Shown: positions 8,805 to 17,200, numbered from the stretch's first letter. The stretch is DNA of 64,000 bases from a virus (IMGVR_UViG_3300030419_005383:1-64000), one strand, 5' to 3'. The notes: generated by a model from the sequence alone, not told the origin. Numbers and translations: made by a program.

Positions 8805-9074
8805 ATGTACGCATGGATTATCGACAAGGACTATCTAAACGATGGAGCAGAAGGGACGGTCGGCCCGCGCAACCCGCACGCCGCATCCCTTGAAACGCTG
8901 AAGGCTGGCTACGGCGAACCGTTGCGCCTGTACGACGACGACGGGAACCTTCAATACGAAGTGCGAATCGCCGGAAACTACGACGGCTTTGAGCCCATGG
9001 ATGACTATGGCCGACCCAACGCCGCAACCACTGAGGTTCGCTACCTGGCGCAAGGCCAGTGGAAACCACTGTAA
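8805..9074 (+). CDS. hypothetical phage protein
   Basis: WIIDKDYL...LRLYDDDGNLQYE. Confidence 0.75.
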   Translation: MYAWIIDKDYLNDGAEGTVGPRNPHAASLETLKAGYGEPLRLYDDDGNLQYEVRIAGNYDGFEPMDDYGRPNAATTEVRYLAQGQWKPL

Positions 9075-9112
9075 ATCCAACCCTAACCACAGAAGAAGAA
9101 GAAGAGAACACC

Positions 9113-9328
9113 ATGACCAACAAACAACAAGCAGCGGTGATTCAAGCAAATTCAAATGGATACAAGTATGAGGGCAAACTACCGGCAGCAGCCTGCGGCC
9201 AGTGTGGAGGGTGGACAAGTTGTGGTGGAATGAGCCGGTACTACAGAACGCTGGTGCCAGTGATGGGCCGCTATGGCTGCATCTGCTACGCAGATGCCCG
9301 CTACCTGAACAGCATGGAGCAGCCATGA
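9113..9328 (+). CDS. small Cys-rich protein
   Basis: CGQC...CIC; GAGAACACC-ATG. Confidence 0.55.
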   Translation: MTNKQQAAVIQANSNGYKYEGKLPAAACGQCGGWTSCGGMSRYYRTLVPVMGRYGCICYADARYLNSMEQP

Positions 9329-9588
9329 CAAGCCCCCCCGACACTTGGACCCTGCCAAATGGCGCCGTTGTCATCGAATCAAAACGGTACAGCGACAGGC
9401 CGGAACACCGAAACCTTCGATACGTGCTGTGCGAATTCAGGGATGAGTACGTCACCTGGCGATGCGACACCCGAACCGGCGAGTGTCTGTACGGTCGCTA
9501 CTTTGGTGACAACTGGGAGAAGGCATGGGCCCACTACCGGGACCGCAACAAGGACGAAAACGTAATCCAGATGCCCCCTCCAAAATAA
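9325..9588 (+). CDS. hypothetical phage protein
   Basis: ATGA overlap; EYVTW...YGRYF. Confidence 0.65.
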   Translation: MTSPPDTWTLPNGAVVIESKRYSDRPEHRNLRYVLCEFRDEYVTWRCDTRTGECLYGRYFGDNWEKAWAHYRDRNKDENVIQMPPPK

Positions 9589-9592
9589 ACAC

Positions 9593-9620
9593 TTGCCACA
9601 CCTCAGTTGGTGCTTAGCTT
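9593..9620 (+). promoter_or_regulatory. early promoter
   Basis: TTGCCA-N16(ends GTGCT)-TAGCTT. Confidence 0.8.
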
Positions 9621-9648
9621 ATCAATGTAACCGGAACAAAGGGAACCA

Positions 9649-9888
9649 ATGAGCATTAGATATGAAGGCGGAATCCACCGCGTGAAGCTGACACCCCGTG
9701 AGGCAGCGCAAGCCATGATGATCGACCAGGCAGAACGGGCCTGTGACTCGTGGCCGGGTTTTGTCATCGACACCGACGCATTGACCGAACGTGAAATCAC
9801 CCTGATCAATGAGCAGTTGGAGAAGCAGCGGGAACGTATCCTTCGCTTGTTTGAAAAGACCGCACGGAAGATTGGGTACAGCGTTTAG
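9649..9888 (+). CDS. hypothetical protein
   Basis: AGGGAACCAATG. Confidence 0.65.
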   Translation: MSIRYEGGIHRVKLTPREAAQAMMIDQAERACDSWPGFVIDTDALTEREITLINEQLEKQRERILRLFEKTARKIGYSV

Positions 9889-9924
9889 CTGAACCCGACC
9901 ACCGAATCACCACAGGAACAAACC

Positions 9925-10194
9925 ATGAAAGACCCACGAAAAGTAAACACGATCAAGCTGGTCGCAGACAATGACCGGAACGGCAACCCTCAACGGGGCT
10001 GGCTGGTGATGACGCGAGCCGGTGAGCTGCTCTGCTTCATTGATGATGGCTTCGTTGGATGGGCCGGAGTCAGGTCCAAATTCCCGAACGCGAAGGAACC
10101 GATGATCACCATCCCGGTGTCCGCCGCCGTCTACCGACGCGCACTCAAGGGGAACGACAGAACGGGACCGTTTCCGCAAAGCCTTTTGAAGTGA
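9925..10194 (+). CDS. hypothetical phage protein
   Basis: NDRNGNPQR motif; AGGA RBS. Confidence 0.65.
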   Translation: MKDPRKVNTIKLVADNDRNGNPQRGWLVMTRAGELLCFIDDGFVGWAGVRSKFPNAKEPMITIPVSAAVYRRALKGNDRTGPFPQSLLK

Positions 10195-10212
10195 ACAGCA
10201 AGGAGCAAAACA

Positions 10213-10485
10213 ATGCGTTATCAACCAATCGTTTGCGCTGATGGATTCAAGATGTCAGTCCAGGCCGGTAGTGCACACTATTGCACGCCACAAAATGGCC
10301 GAGGCCCATACAGCGCAGTTGAGGTTGGATTTCCCAGTAAGGCCGAGCCACTGCTGATGAAGTGGGCTGAGGACCGAGATGATCCGACCAACACTGTGTA
10401 CGGCTGGGTACCGGCTGATGTCGTCAAGCGCGTGATAGCGAAGCATGGCGGCATGGTGGGGGGACAGTTGCCACGTTTTCAGTAG
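10213..10485 (+). CDS. conserved-type phage hypothetical protein
   Basis: CADGFKMSVQA...HYCTP...YSAVEVGFPS...VYGWVP...KHGG. Confidence 0.8.
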   Translation: MRYQPIVCADGFKMSVQAGSAHYCTPQNGRGPYSAVEVGFPSKAEPLLMKWAEDRDDPTNTVYGWVPADVVKRVIAKHGGMVGGQLPRFQ

Positions 10486-10492
10486 GCCCCAC

Positions 10493-10520
10493 TTGCCGCA
10501 CCTTTGTTTGTGCTTACATT
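10493..10520 (+). promoter_or_regulatory. early promoter
   Basis: TTGCCG-N16(ends GTGCT)-TACATT. Confidence 0.8.
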
Positions 10521-10557
10521 AAAGATGTAACCACGAACCAACCTGAGAGAACCAACC

Positions 10558-11298
10558 ATGCCAGAAAGCACATTCAACAACTACAAGCTGAACAAGTCGC
10601 TTGGCCTCAACTGGATGACCGCAGGAATGTCCATGTCGCCGGCCACCGAATCAATCGAGGTTGGTGGCCGAAACATGTGCCCCTGGTCTGGAGCGTGCGA
10701 AAAGTCCTGCCTGAAGTTTGCTGGCCGAAACCGCAACGCTCAATCCAGGGTCGCCCGTCAACGGCGTACCATGTTTCGCCTTGAGGAATTGGGCGGGTTC
10801 ATCCGGCTTGTGTCGGGAGAGATTGAGGGACTGAAGCGCAAGGCCGCGAAAGAAGGAATGAAGGTCGCCTATCGGCCAAACGTCCTGAGCGACGACAGCG
10901 TGTTCGCCCTGAAGCTGGCCGAAGCAAACCCCGACGTGCAGTTCTACGACTACACCAAAATTCCCAAACCATGGAAACGGGTACGCGAGAACTACCACCT
11001 GACATACAGCCTCGACAACCACAACCACGCCGAAGCACTCGAAGCCATCGAGAACGGTATCAACGTCGCGGTTGCCTTTGACCTTGGCAAGGATGAGCCA
11101 CTGCCAGAAACCTGGCAGATCCCCGGCACCGATGTCGTGTTGCCAGTGATCAACGGTGACGAACATGACCTGCGATTCCTTGACCCGGTTGGTGTCTTTG
11201 TTGCCCTCAAATTCAAAGGCAGCAAGGCTGAGCGAGCCAAAGCGGTTGCGGCTGGCTTTGTTTTCTCCCCAGTCACCATCATGGCTAAGGCGGCATGA
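10558..11298 (+). CDS. GP88-family protein (radical-SAM-like Cys motif)
   Basis: CPWSGACEKSC, RPNVLSD, VQFYDYTK, NYHLTYS, NGDEHDLRFLD, ALKFKG. Confidence 0.75.
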   Translation: MPESTFNNYKLNKSLGLNWMTAGMSMSPATESIEVGGRNMCPWSGACEKSCLKFAGRNRNAQSRVARQRRTMFRLEELGGFIRLVSGEIEGLKRKAAKEGMKVAYRPNVLSDDSVFALKLAEANPDVQFYDYTKIPKPWKRVRENYHLTYSLDNHNHAEALEAIENGINVAVAFDLGKDEPLPETWQIPGTDVVLPVINGDEHDLRFLDPVGVFVALKFKGSKAERAKAVAAGFVFSPVTIMAKAA

Positions 11299-11432
11299 CC
11301 ACACCACAGGAGGTGAGAACCAATCCCAATCAACCCGAACCCTCGCCGGCCCTGGTAATCCGGCGGGTGCGTTGGGCTCTCCAAAGGGTGGAGATTCCAG
11401 CTCACCAACCAACCACAACAACCGAGAGAACC

Positions 11433-11519
11433 ATGACTACATATCGTAGATATTCACAGCGCTCCTTGTTCCGCGACAACCGACGCAAGGCCAGCCCCGA
11501 ACCACAGGAAGAAGAATGA
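11433..11519 (+). CDS. very small ORF (28 aa)
   Basis: GAGAGAACC-ATG context; ATGA coupling to next gene. Confidence 0.4.
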   Translation: MTTYRRYSQRSLFRDNRRKASPEPQEEE

Positions 11520-11884
11520 CCAATCGAGAACAACAAGCCCTTAAACGAATCGAGCGTTTTTACCGGTTGATCGTAGACCATGACGATATCTATTTGGACA
11601 TTGTTGCGCCCACCTTCAACTGGTTCCGGGCGGAAAGCGACGACCCAATGAAGGTGTATCAAGACGCCGTTGATGCGTTTCAGCCGGCCATCGTGCGAGC
11701 AGCCTACATGCTTCGGAAAACCGGTGACTGGCGAGGCTCGGTGCTCAACCAAGATGAGCGGTTGGCTTTGCGTGCTGACCGTCAAGCCGTCGCAGAGATG
11801 ATGGTGGAACACTACGTTGATCGCTATTGTGACAGCGCGCGCGTCATCCTTGAGCTTGCGATTGCAGAAAAGTCGGGTGAATGA
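11516..11884 (+). CDS. hypothetical protein
   Basis: Coupled ORF, 122 aa. Confidence 0.6.
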   Translation: MTNREQQALKRIERFYRLIVDHDDIYLDIVAPTFNWFRAESDDPMKVYQDAVDAFQPAIVRAAYMLRKTGDWRGSVLNQDERLALRADRQAVAEMMVEHYVDRYCDSARVILELAIAEKSGE

Positions 11885-12285
11885 TGGCCCCAGAAATTGA
11901 CCTGTCTGAATCTCACTGGCGTGTGGCGATGCGAATGCACAACCACTCCACGTTGTTTTCTCAGACTCCGTCTCACATCACAAGACCGAAAACTCCAGAT
12001 GAGGAGGTGGAAAGCTGGCTCTTCTACGTGGAGCATGAGGTCCGGGCCATTCAAATTCGTGAGCGAATTTTGCGTGAGTGCAAAGACCTGTCTCCTAAAG
12101 AAAGGGATTCGCATGAGCATCTGCGTAGCCGCTCACAGTGGCGAGTCGGACAGTTCAAAAAGGAGCTGAAAGAAGCAGAGCGCAAGGCGCTGCCAGGGAA
12201 AATCGAACGACTGCGTCAGCGGTACGCTGTCAGGAATTTCGTCGCCAAGCGTCAAAAACCTGAAACCACAGGAGAGAACCAATGA
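11881..12285 (+). CDS. hypothetical protein
   Basis: ATGA coupling at both ends. Confidence 0.6.
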   Translation: MMAPEIDLSESHWRVAMRMHNHSTLFSQTPSHITRPKTPDEEVESWLFYVEHEVRAIQIRERILRECKDLSPKERDSHEHLRSRSQWRVGQFKKELKEAERKALPGKIERLRQRYAVRNFVAKRQKPETTGENQ

Positions 12286-12704
12286 CTGACAATTTGCAAT
12301 TTCAAATGAGGGTAGCCGAAGGATGGCTGCACTTTACGGAACAAGCACGGTTTGAAAAAATCACAGTGGAACAGCTTGTCCGAAGACATTTCACGCAATG
12401 TCTCACCGAGCCAAATGTTTGCCACGACTGCAACAAACCGTTGAACGCTGAATCTCACGTCTTCGATACGGGAGATGGCGACAAGGATCCGTCCTGCGTC
12501 AGGTGCGGCGTCAAGACGATGGTTTCGGTGAGACTGGACGAATCAACGTGCGTTCAGGAACTGAAGGCTTTGACGGACCCCATCACCGCAAGTGTTCTGT
12601 TTTTCAGTGGCATCGACACAGACCCGAATCATCCGTTGTTTGATGTTCGTGATTGTCTGGAAGAAATGTTGCTTGGCAGCATCCCTGACCTGGCGGAGGA
12701 ATAG
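12282..12704 (+). CDS. Zn-finger-containing hypothetical protein
   Basis: CHDC...CVRC; AGGAGAGAACCAATG. Confidence 0.65.
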   Translation: MTDNLQFQMRVAEGWLHFTEQARFEKITVEQLVRRHFTQCLTEPNVCHDCNKPLNAESHVFDTGDGDKDPSCVRCGVKTMVSVRLDESTCVQELKALTDPITASVLFFSGIDTDPNHPLFDVRDCLEEMLLGSIPDLAEE

Positions 12705-12708
12705 CGCT

Positions 12709-12948
12709 ATGCCTTTTGTTTGCGTCAACGAACGCTACGGCGACGGTGAGTACGAGACTGCCGAAGCTTTCATGGAAATGTGCCAGGAGGTCTTTGGTGA
12801 GGCGCCAACCTTGATTGAGCGGGTGCTGGGTGAACTGTCTGAATTCATTGCGCCATCTTGGTGTCAAAATGAAAAAGAGCGAATGGAGTGCCAGCGGGCC
12901 GACTACGGGTACTGGGAAGTTGTGCTTCGGAAAAATGAAAATGAATAA
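12709..12948 (+). CDS. hypothetical protein
   Basis: GGAGGA RBS, ATG 12709. Confidence 0.55.
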   Translation: MPFVCVNERYGDGEYETAEAFMEMCQEVFGEAPTLIERVLGELSEFIAPSWCQNEKERMECQRADYGYWEVVLRKNENE

Positions 12949-12963
12949 TTTTCACCCCACGTG

Positions 12964-12991
12964 TTGCCGTACCTTTATTGGTGACTACACT
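12964..12991 (+). promoter_or_regulatory. early promoter
   Basis: TTGCCG-N16(ends GTGAC)-TACACT. Confidence 0.8.
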
Positions 12992-13011
12992 TTCTATGCA
13001 AGGGAGAACCA

Positions 13012-13506
13012 ATGACCCAAACCACTTTTGAATCTTTCAAGAAAGAAGCAGGTGACCTGCTCAAACAACCATCACCGCTGGCTGATCAGTTGAACAGAAT
13101 GGTCAAGATCGAGCGGACGGAGCGAGATGCGGTCCGCGGCATGCCTGCCGAGATGGACGGTCAGTTTGTTTCCGGCGTAGACCTGAAAGCGTTTCGTGAT
13201 GATGACAAGCGTTTCCAGCGCGTGGCAGGCTGGAAAATCGATGAGGAATGGGATGATCTCGAATGGACGGAATGCTCCACATGTGGATGGTTTGCCGCGC
13301 GAGAATCAGGCGATGGAGACTTCAATTCAATCCTTGATGACGAGTTCGGTTCGGATTGGTTTCTGTGTGACCCTTGCTGCGCCGCAGATGACCGATGTCG
13401 AGATACGACATTTCCTCCCCGCGAGGAACCGACCAAGCTGGACAAGATCGTCTCTGACCGCCTCACCGATGTGCTTGAGAAATTCGGAATCTTCCGAAAC
13501 GACTAA
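13012..13506 (+). CDS. acidic Zn-finger-containing protein
   Basis: CSTC...CDPC; AGGGAGAACCAATG. Confidence 0.7.
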   Translation: MTQTTFESFKKEAGDLLKQPSPLADQLNRMVKIERTERDAVRGMPAEMDGQFVSGVDLKAFRDDDKRFQRVAGWKIDEEWDDLEWTECSTCGWFAARESGDGDFNSILDDEFGSDWFLCDPCCAADDRCRDTTFPPREEPTKLDKIVSDRLTDVLEKFGIFRND

Positions 13507-13516
13507 AACCAAAGGG

Positions 13517-13544
13517 TTGACACACTATTAAATGTGCCTATCTT
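13517..13544 (+). promoter_or_regulatory. early promoter
   Basis: TTGACA-N16(ends GTGCC)-TATCTT. Confidence 0.8.
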
Positions 13545-13569
13545 ATATGTGAACCACAGGAGAGAACCA

Positions 13570-14172
13570 ATGTCCATTTTAAATCAAGCCGAAATCGTCG
13601 CACTCCAAGCCCTTGGCAACACATCATGTGAGCAGTTGCCAAAGGCCAAGGCGGCCGAAGCGAAGAGCGAGCTGCCGGAAGCAGAGTCCAAGACAATCAA
13701 ACTGACTGCGGAGATTGAGGCCACCGTGTCGAAGGGAAAGCCTCCAGCCGAGCGGCCGAACACCAGTTCTCTCGGCTCAGATGCTGATCTGCGAATTCTC
13801 GCAGCAGCAGTTGAGGAGGTCAGAGAAGCGGCCAAACGAGACGACAACGGAAGGTTTCGAGACAGCCAGGAGGCATCACGCGTTTTAGACATGTTGATGG
13901 ATGTCATCGTTTCCAAGAAGTCTGAATGGTCGGAGCGGCAGATTGAATGCGGAAATGACCCGAAGAAGCGAAAGCAGTTGAAGAAAGACTTTCTGCTCGA
14001 AACCGGCAACCCCGAAGTCCTGATGCGATTCGCTCAGCTCAACAAGGAACTGAAGGCCAACATGCCGAAAGTTCAACCGGCTGCTCCCGTTCGGGTGACA
14101 TTTGAAAACGTGAAGATCATGAATTGCGAATTGCTCCGCGACCAAGTCAACGCAGAAAAGGGTGAGGCTTGA
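13570..14172 (+). CDS. hypothetical protein
   Basis: AGGAGAGAACCAATG, 200 aa. Confidence 0.75.
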   Translation: MSILNQAEIVALQALGNTSCEQLPKAKAAEAKSELPEAESKTIKLTAEIEATVSKGKPPAERPNTSSLGSDADLRILAAAVEEVREAAKRDDNGRFRDSQEASRVLDMLMDVIVSKKSEWSERQIECGNDPKKRKQLKKDFLLETGNPEVLMRFAQLNKELKANMPKVQPAAPVRVTFENVKIMNCELLRDQVNAEKGEA

Positions 14173-14360
14173 TGATGGAAACGAACGACAGACATCTGCG
14201 GCTTGTCCGAAACGAACGACAAATGAAGGCTTTGCTGGATGACCTGGACCCGACACTGACGGCTCAGGTCATCCAAGACCTGCGAGCGATGCAGCCCGGC
14301 CAGGTCACCAACATCAAGGCAGGCGAAGTCATGCTGCGGGTCACCAGGGGCGGAACATGA
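14172..14360 (+). CDS. hypothetical protein
   Basis: TGATG coupling. Confidence 0.55.
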   Translation: MMETNDRHLRLVRNERQMKALLDDLDPTLTAQVIQDLRAMQPGQVTNIKAGEVMLRVTRGGT

Positions 14361-14953
14361 GACCATCAACAACTCAGATCAGGATCCTTCGGGTCGTTGC
14401 ACAAAAATTTCTCTGTCAGATACGCGACGCCGGCCGCGTCATGTATCAGGAGGGTTTGGCTGTGCGTGAATTTCCGAATCGACATCCAGTGGCTGAGACC
14501 GGAATGGAACAACTTAAATTCCAATTCGTCAAAGTCCACCGATTGATGATGATGGCTGGCGCCGAACGCACCTGGGTTTCAACTGGCCAGTTCGCTGTCC
14601 CGCTGACGGGCACCGACGGCCGCTGGTACGGTCCAGAGCCGTTGCCGCGTATCGCAAACGAGTGTGAAGCAGCGAGGCTGCTGCTGACCAAGGGCGAGCT
14701 GCCAGATGGCTACCCGTCCGCCAGGTTGCAGGGTCGGTTCGTTCGCAACCGCGCGCTCTGCCATGTCATCCGGCCAGAGGTCGGTGTACATGACCTGCAC
14801 CTGTACGCTGCCTGTCGTGCCCTTGGCCAACTGCGACTTCCCCTCCGGCACCTTCGGCTTCGCCAGATGAACCCCGAAGATCCGGTCGTCGTTCAGACTG
14901 ACGCCGACCCCAGCGCATTCGTTTTGATCAAACCGTTCAAAAGAAAAACTTGA
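14357..14953 (+). CDS. hypothetical protein (C-terminus weakly resembles beta-clamp C-terminus)
   Basis: ATGA coupling; ends DPVVVQTDADPSAFVLIKPFKR. Confidence 0.6.
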   Translation: MRPSTTQIRILRVVAQKFLCQIRDAGRVMYQEGLAVREFPNRHPVAETGMEQLKFQFVKVHRLMMMAGAERTWVSTGQFAVPLTGTDGRWYGPEPLPRIANECEAARLLLTKGELPDGYPSARLQGRFVRNRALCHVIRPEVGVHDLHLYAACRALGQLRLPLRHLRLRQMNPEDPVVVQTDADPSAFVLIKPFKRKT

Positions 14954-14977
14954 CTTTCATGAGTCGGTGCCTATCTT
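14950..14977 (+). promoter_or_regulatory. early promoter
   Basis: TTGACT-N16(ends GTGCC)-TATCTT. Confidence 0.75.
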
Positions 14978-15018
14978 ATTGGTGTGACCGTTTAACCCCA
15001 CAGAGAAAAGAGAGAACA

Positions 15019-15336
15019 ATGAGCACAAAACGATTCCAGTATGAGTGGCAGCTTTTCTGGGAAGAGCCAGATGGCGAAGTTGACCACAGCGATACCATCG
15101 AAGGGTTCCACCCAGATGACATCAACGATCTGCTCGCCAAGCGGTGTGAACTGTCCGTCCGCGTGTGGGACCACAGGAATCCCTACGGCGGCTGGGAAGA
15201 CGCACGATGTCATTGGAACGATGGCACCCTGACCATCGCCAGCCACCATGAGCCTGCGGCATTCCAATTGCACGGCAAGAAGGTGTTGCAGCGCCACCAC
15301 AAAGAACTGGCTGCATTCATGTGCAACCACCGATAA
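15019..15336 (+). CDS. hypothetical protein
   Basis: GAGAGAACAATG. Confidence 0.65.
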   Translation: MSTKRFQYEWQLFWEEPDGEVDHSDTIEGFHPDDINDLLAKRCELSVRVWDHRNPYGGWEDARCHWNDGTLTIASHHEPAAFQLHGKKVLQRHHKELAAFMCNHR

Positions 15337-15384
15337 CCACCGGGGCCCACAGCCCCACCAACCACACAAACAACGGAGAGAACA

Positions 15385-15885
15385 ATGCCTGCACAATGGT
15401 ACATTGGAAATGTGAAAAACTGGAAAACCACCTGCTATCGGGTGGAGACCGCCGCAGATTTTACGAAGAGGCGCGCCATCGACATAGAAGTTGTTCGCGA
15501 ATGGGCCGGTTCAGATCATGTCGATTTTTGGACTGCTGATGGAACCGAGCGCGAGGACATCACGGAAGACACGTTGATCAAGATGATGGATCCGATTTGT
15601 CGATTCTTGGTTTTTCAAGGACTGCCCTACACTGGGCATGAAGATTTGCTTCTCAAAAACATTGAGGATGTCTACAAGCGTCTTCGGCTGATTGGCGACC
15701 GCGAAGGAATCCGACCGTCTGATCACAAGGATGGTGAACTTTTCCGACGCGACATCACAATGGATGATCTGATCAAGTTTGTTGGGATCTACAACACTGC
15801 CGCCATCAGACGAAGAAAAAAGGTCACCGTCTTTTGCGAAGAACTCAAAATCAGCAGTAAGGAATGGCGAAACTGGGCAGCGTAA
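15385..15885 (+). CDS. hypothetical protein, tandem paralog A
   Basis: MPAQW...; long identical blocks shared with 15926..16429. Confidence 0.85.
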   Translation: MPAQWYIGNVKNWKTTCYRVETAADFTKRRAIDIEVVREWAGSDHVDFWTADGTEREDITEDTLIKMMDPICRFLVFQGLPYTGHEDLLLKNIEDVYKRLRLIGDREGIRPSDHKDGELFRRDITMDDLIKFVGIYNTAAIRRRKKVTVFCEELKISSKEWRNWAA

Positions 15886-15925
15886 ACCACCGGCCCCACC
15901 AACCACACAAACAAAGGAGAGAACA

Positions 15926-16429
15926 ATGCCTGCACAATGGAGCATTGAAGATGTCAAAGACTGGGAAACGACCTGCTATCGGGTAGAGACCGCCGCAGAT
16001 TTCCTGAAGAGGCACACCTACGTGAGAGACATCGAAGCCATTCGGGATCCCAACGGACCATCCAATATTTGGGCGGCTGATGGAACCGAGCGCGAGGACA
16101 TCACGGAAGACACGTTGATCAAAACGATGGATCCAATTTGCAATTGGTTGGTTTTTAGCGGCCTGCCCATGACGGGACACGCGAGACTGACCTTCAAAAA
16201 CATTGAGGATGTCTACAAGCGTCTTCGGCTGATTGGCGACCGCTTCGGACGCTACCGACCACAAGATTGGAAGGACAAAAAACACTTCTTCTTTGACATC
16301 ACAATGGATGATCTGATCAAGTTCGTTGGGATCTACAACACCGGCACATCGTCACAGTTGAAAAAGGTCACCGTCTTTTGCGAGGAATTCAAAATCAGCA
16401 GCAAGGAATGGCGAAGCTGGGCAGCGTAA
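15926..16429 (+). CDS. hypothetical protein, tandem paralog B
   Basis: MPAQW...; paralog of 15385..15885. Confidence 0.85.
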   Translation: MPAQWSIEDVKDWETTCYRVETAADFLKRHTYVRDIEAIRDPNGPSNIWAADGTEREDITEDTLIKTMDPICNWLVFSGLPMTGHARLTFKNIEDVYKRLRLIGDRFGRYRPQDWKDKKHFFFDITMDDLIKFVGIYNTGTSSQLKKVTVFCEEFKISSKEWRSWAA

Positions 16430-16475
16430 ACCACCGGGGCCCCACAGGCCCCACCAACCACACAGAGAGAACCAC

Positions 16476-16961
16476 ATGTCCAAACATCCCGCAGACGAAC
16501 CACCTGGGCTCTACTTGCGCCTCTACCCTCCGGGCTGGAGAGCCACAGCCATCTCGGTAACGCACCTTTGCGACACGGATGTTCCGCAAGGCGTGACGTT
16601 TGAATCAGGCAAATCGTCCGGCTCTAATGTCGCATGTCCTGATTGTGGACTGGATCAAGAATCCGCCGAAGATGAAGATCGTGAGGTTTGGGCCTACGAG
16701 GTGGACAACGAGGGATTCGACATCTGGACCCGCGCGACCTGCAACGACTGCGAACGGGTGGAGATCTTCCGATGCACAGGCGGGAAGCGTGACAAGCAAC
16801 CACGCAATGTGGCGCTCTGTGTGTCGGGTGAACATCGGGACAAAATCTTTCGATGCTGGGACGGACAACGCTGGCGGCACACTCGCCGCCCAGGTTTTGC
16901 CCGGCACGAGCTTGACCGCAAGCACAAGGAATCACACAGCGAGTGGGCAGGTGAATCATGA
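16476..16961 (+). CDS. Zn-finger-containing hypothetical protein
   Basis: CPDC...CNDC. Confidence 0.6.
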   Translation: MSKHPADEPPGLYLRLYPPGWRATAISVTHLCDTDVPQGVTFESGKSSGSNVACPDCGLDQESAEDEDREVWAYEVDNEGFDIWTRATCNDCERVEIFRCTGGKRDKQPRNVALCVSGEHRDKIFRCWDGQRWRHTRRPGFARHELDRKHKESHSEWAGES

Positions 16962-17200
16962 GAAACGCCTGGCACAAAGCGTTGAAGAACGTGGAGGAGT
17001 ACGCCCCCATGATCTACCTGAGTGTTGTTTGTTCACAACTCAAAGCGTGCCTGGCTCTCCAGTGCGAACCGGCCGAATACGGTGAGGGTGACCTGGACCT
17101 GAGGAAGTTGGACTTCGTCAAGAGGGCGAAAGCCGATGGTTGGACCTACGACAAGAACGGCAACTGGCTCTGCCCTGACTGCTCCAAGGAAGGTGAATGA
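16958..17200 (+). CDS. small Zn-binding protein
   Basis: AKADGWTYDKNGNWLCPDC. Confidence 0.65.
   Translation: MRNAWHKALKNVEEYAPMIYLSVVCSQLKACLALQCEPAEYGEGDLDLRKLDFVKRAKADGWTYDKNGNWLCPDCSKEGE

Larger units (their letters stand above)
15334..16463 (+). repeat. three copies of intergenic repeat AACCACCGG(GGCCC(C)ACAG(G))CCCCACCAACCACACA delimiting a tandem duplication
   Basis: Copies begin near 15335, 15885 (hairpin deleted) and 16429. Confidence 0.85.

Noticed and set aside
15385-16429. Diversity-generating retroelement TR/VR pair
   Set aside because: Differences are not adenine-specific and include indels, both copies are full genes, and there is no reverse transcriptase in the window
15334-16475. 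CRISPR array or integron attC sites
   Set aside because: Repeats are ~540 bp apart and separated by genes; no attC core sites, cas genes or integrase
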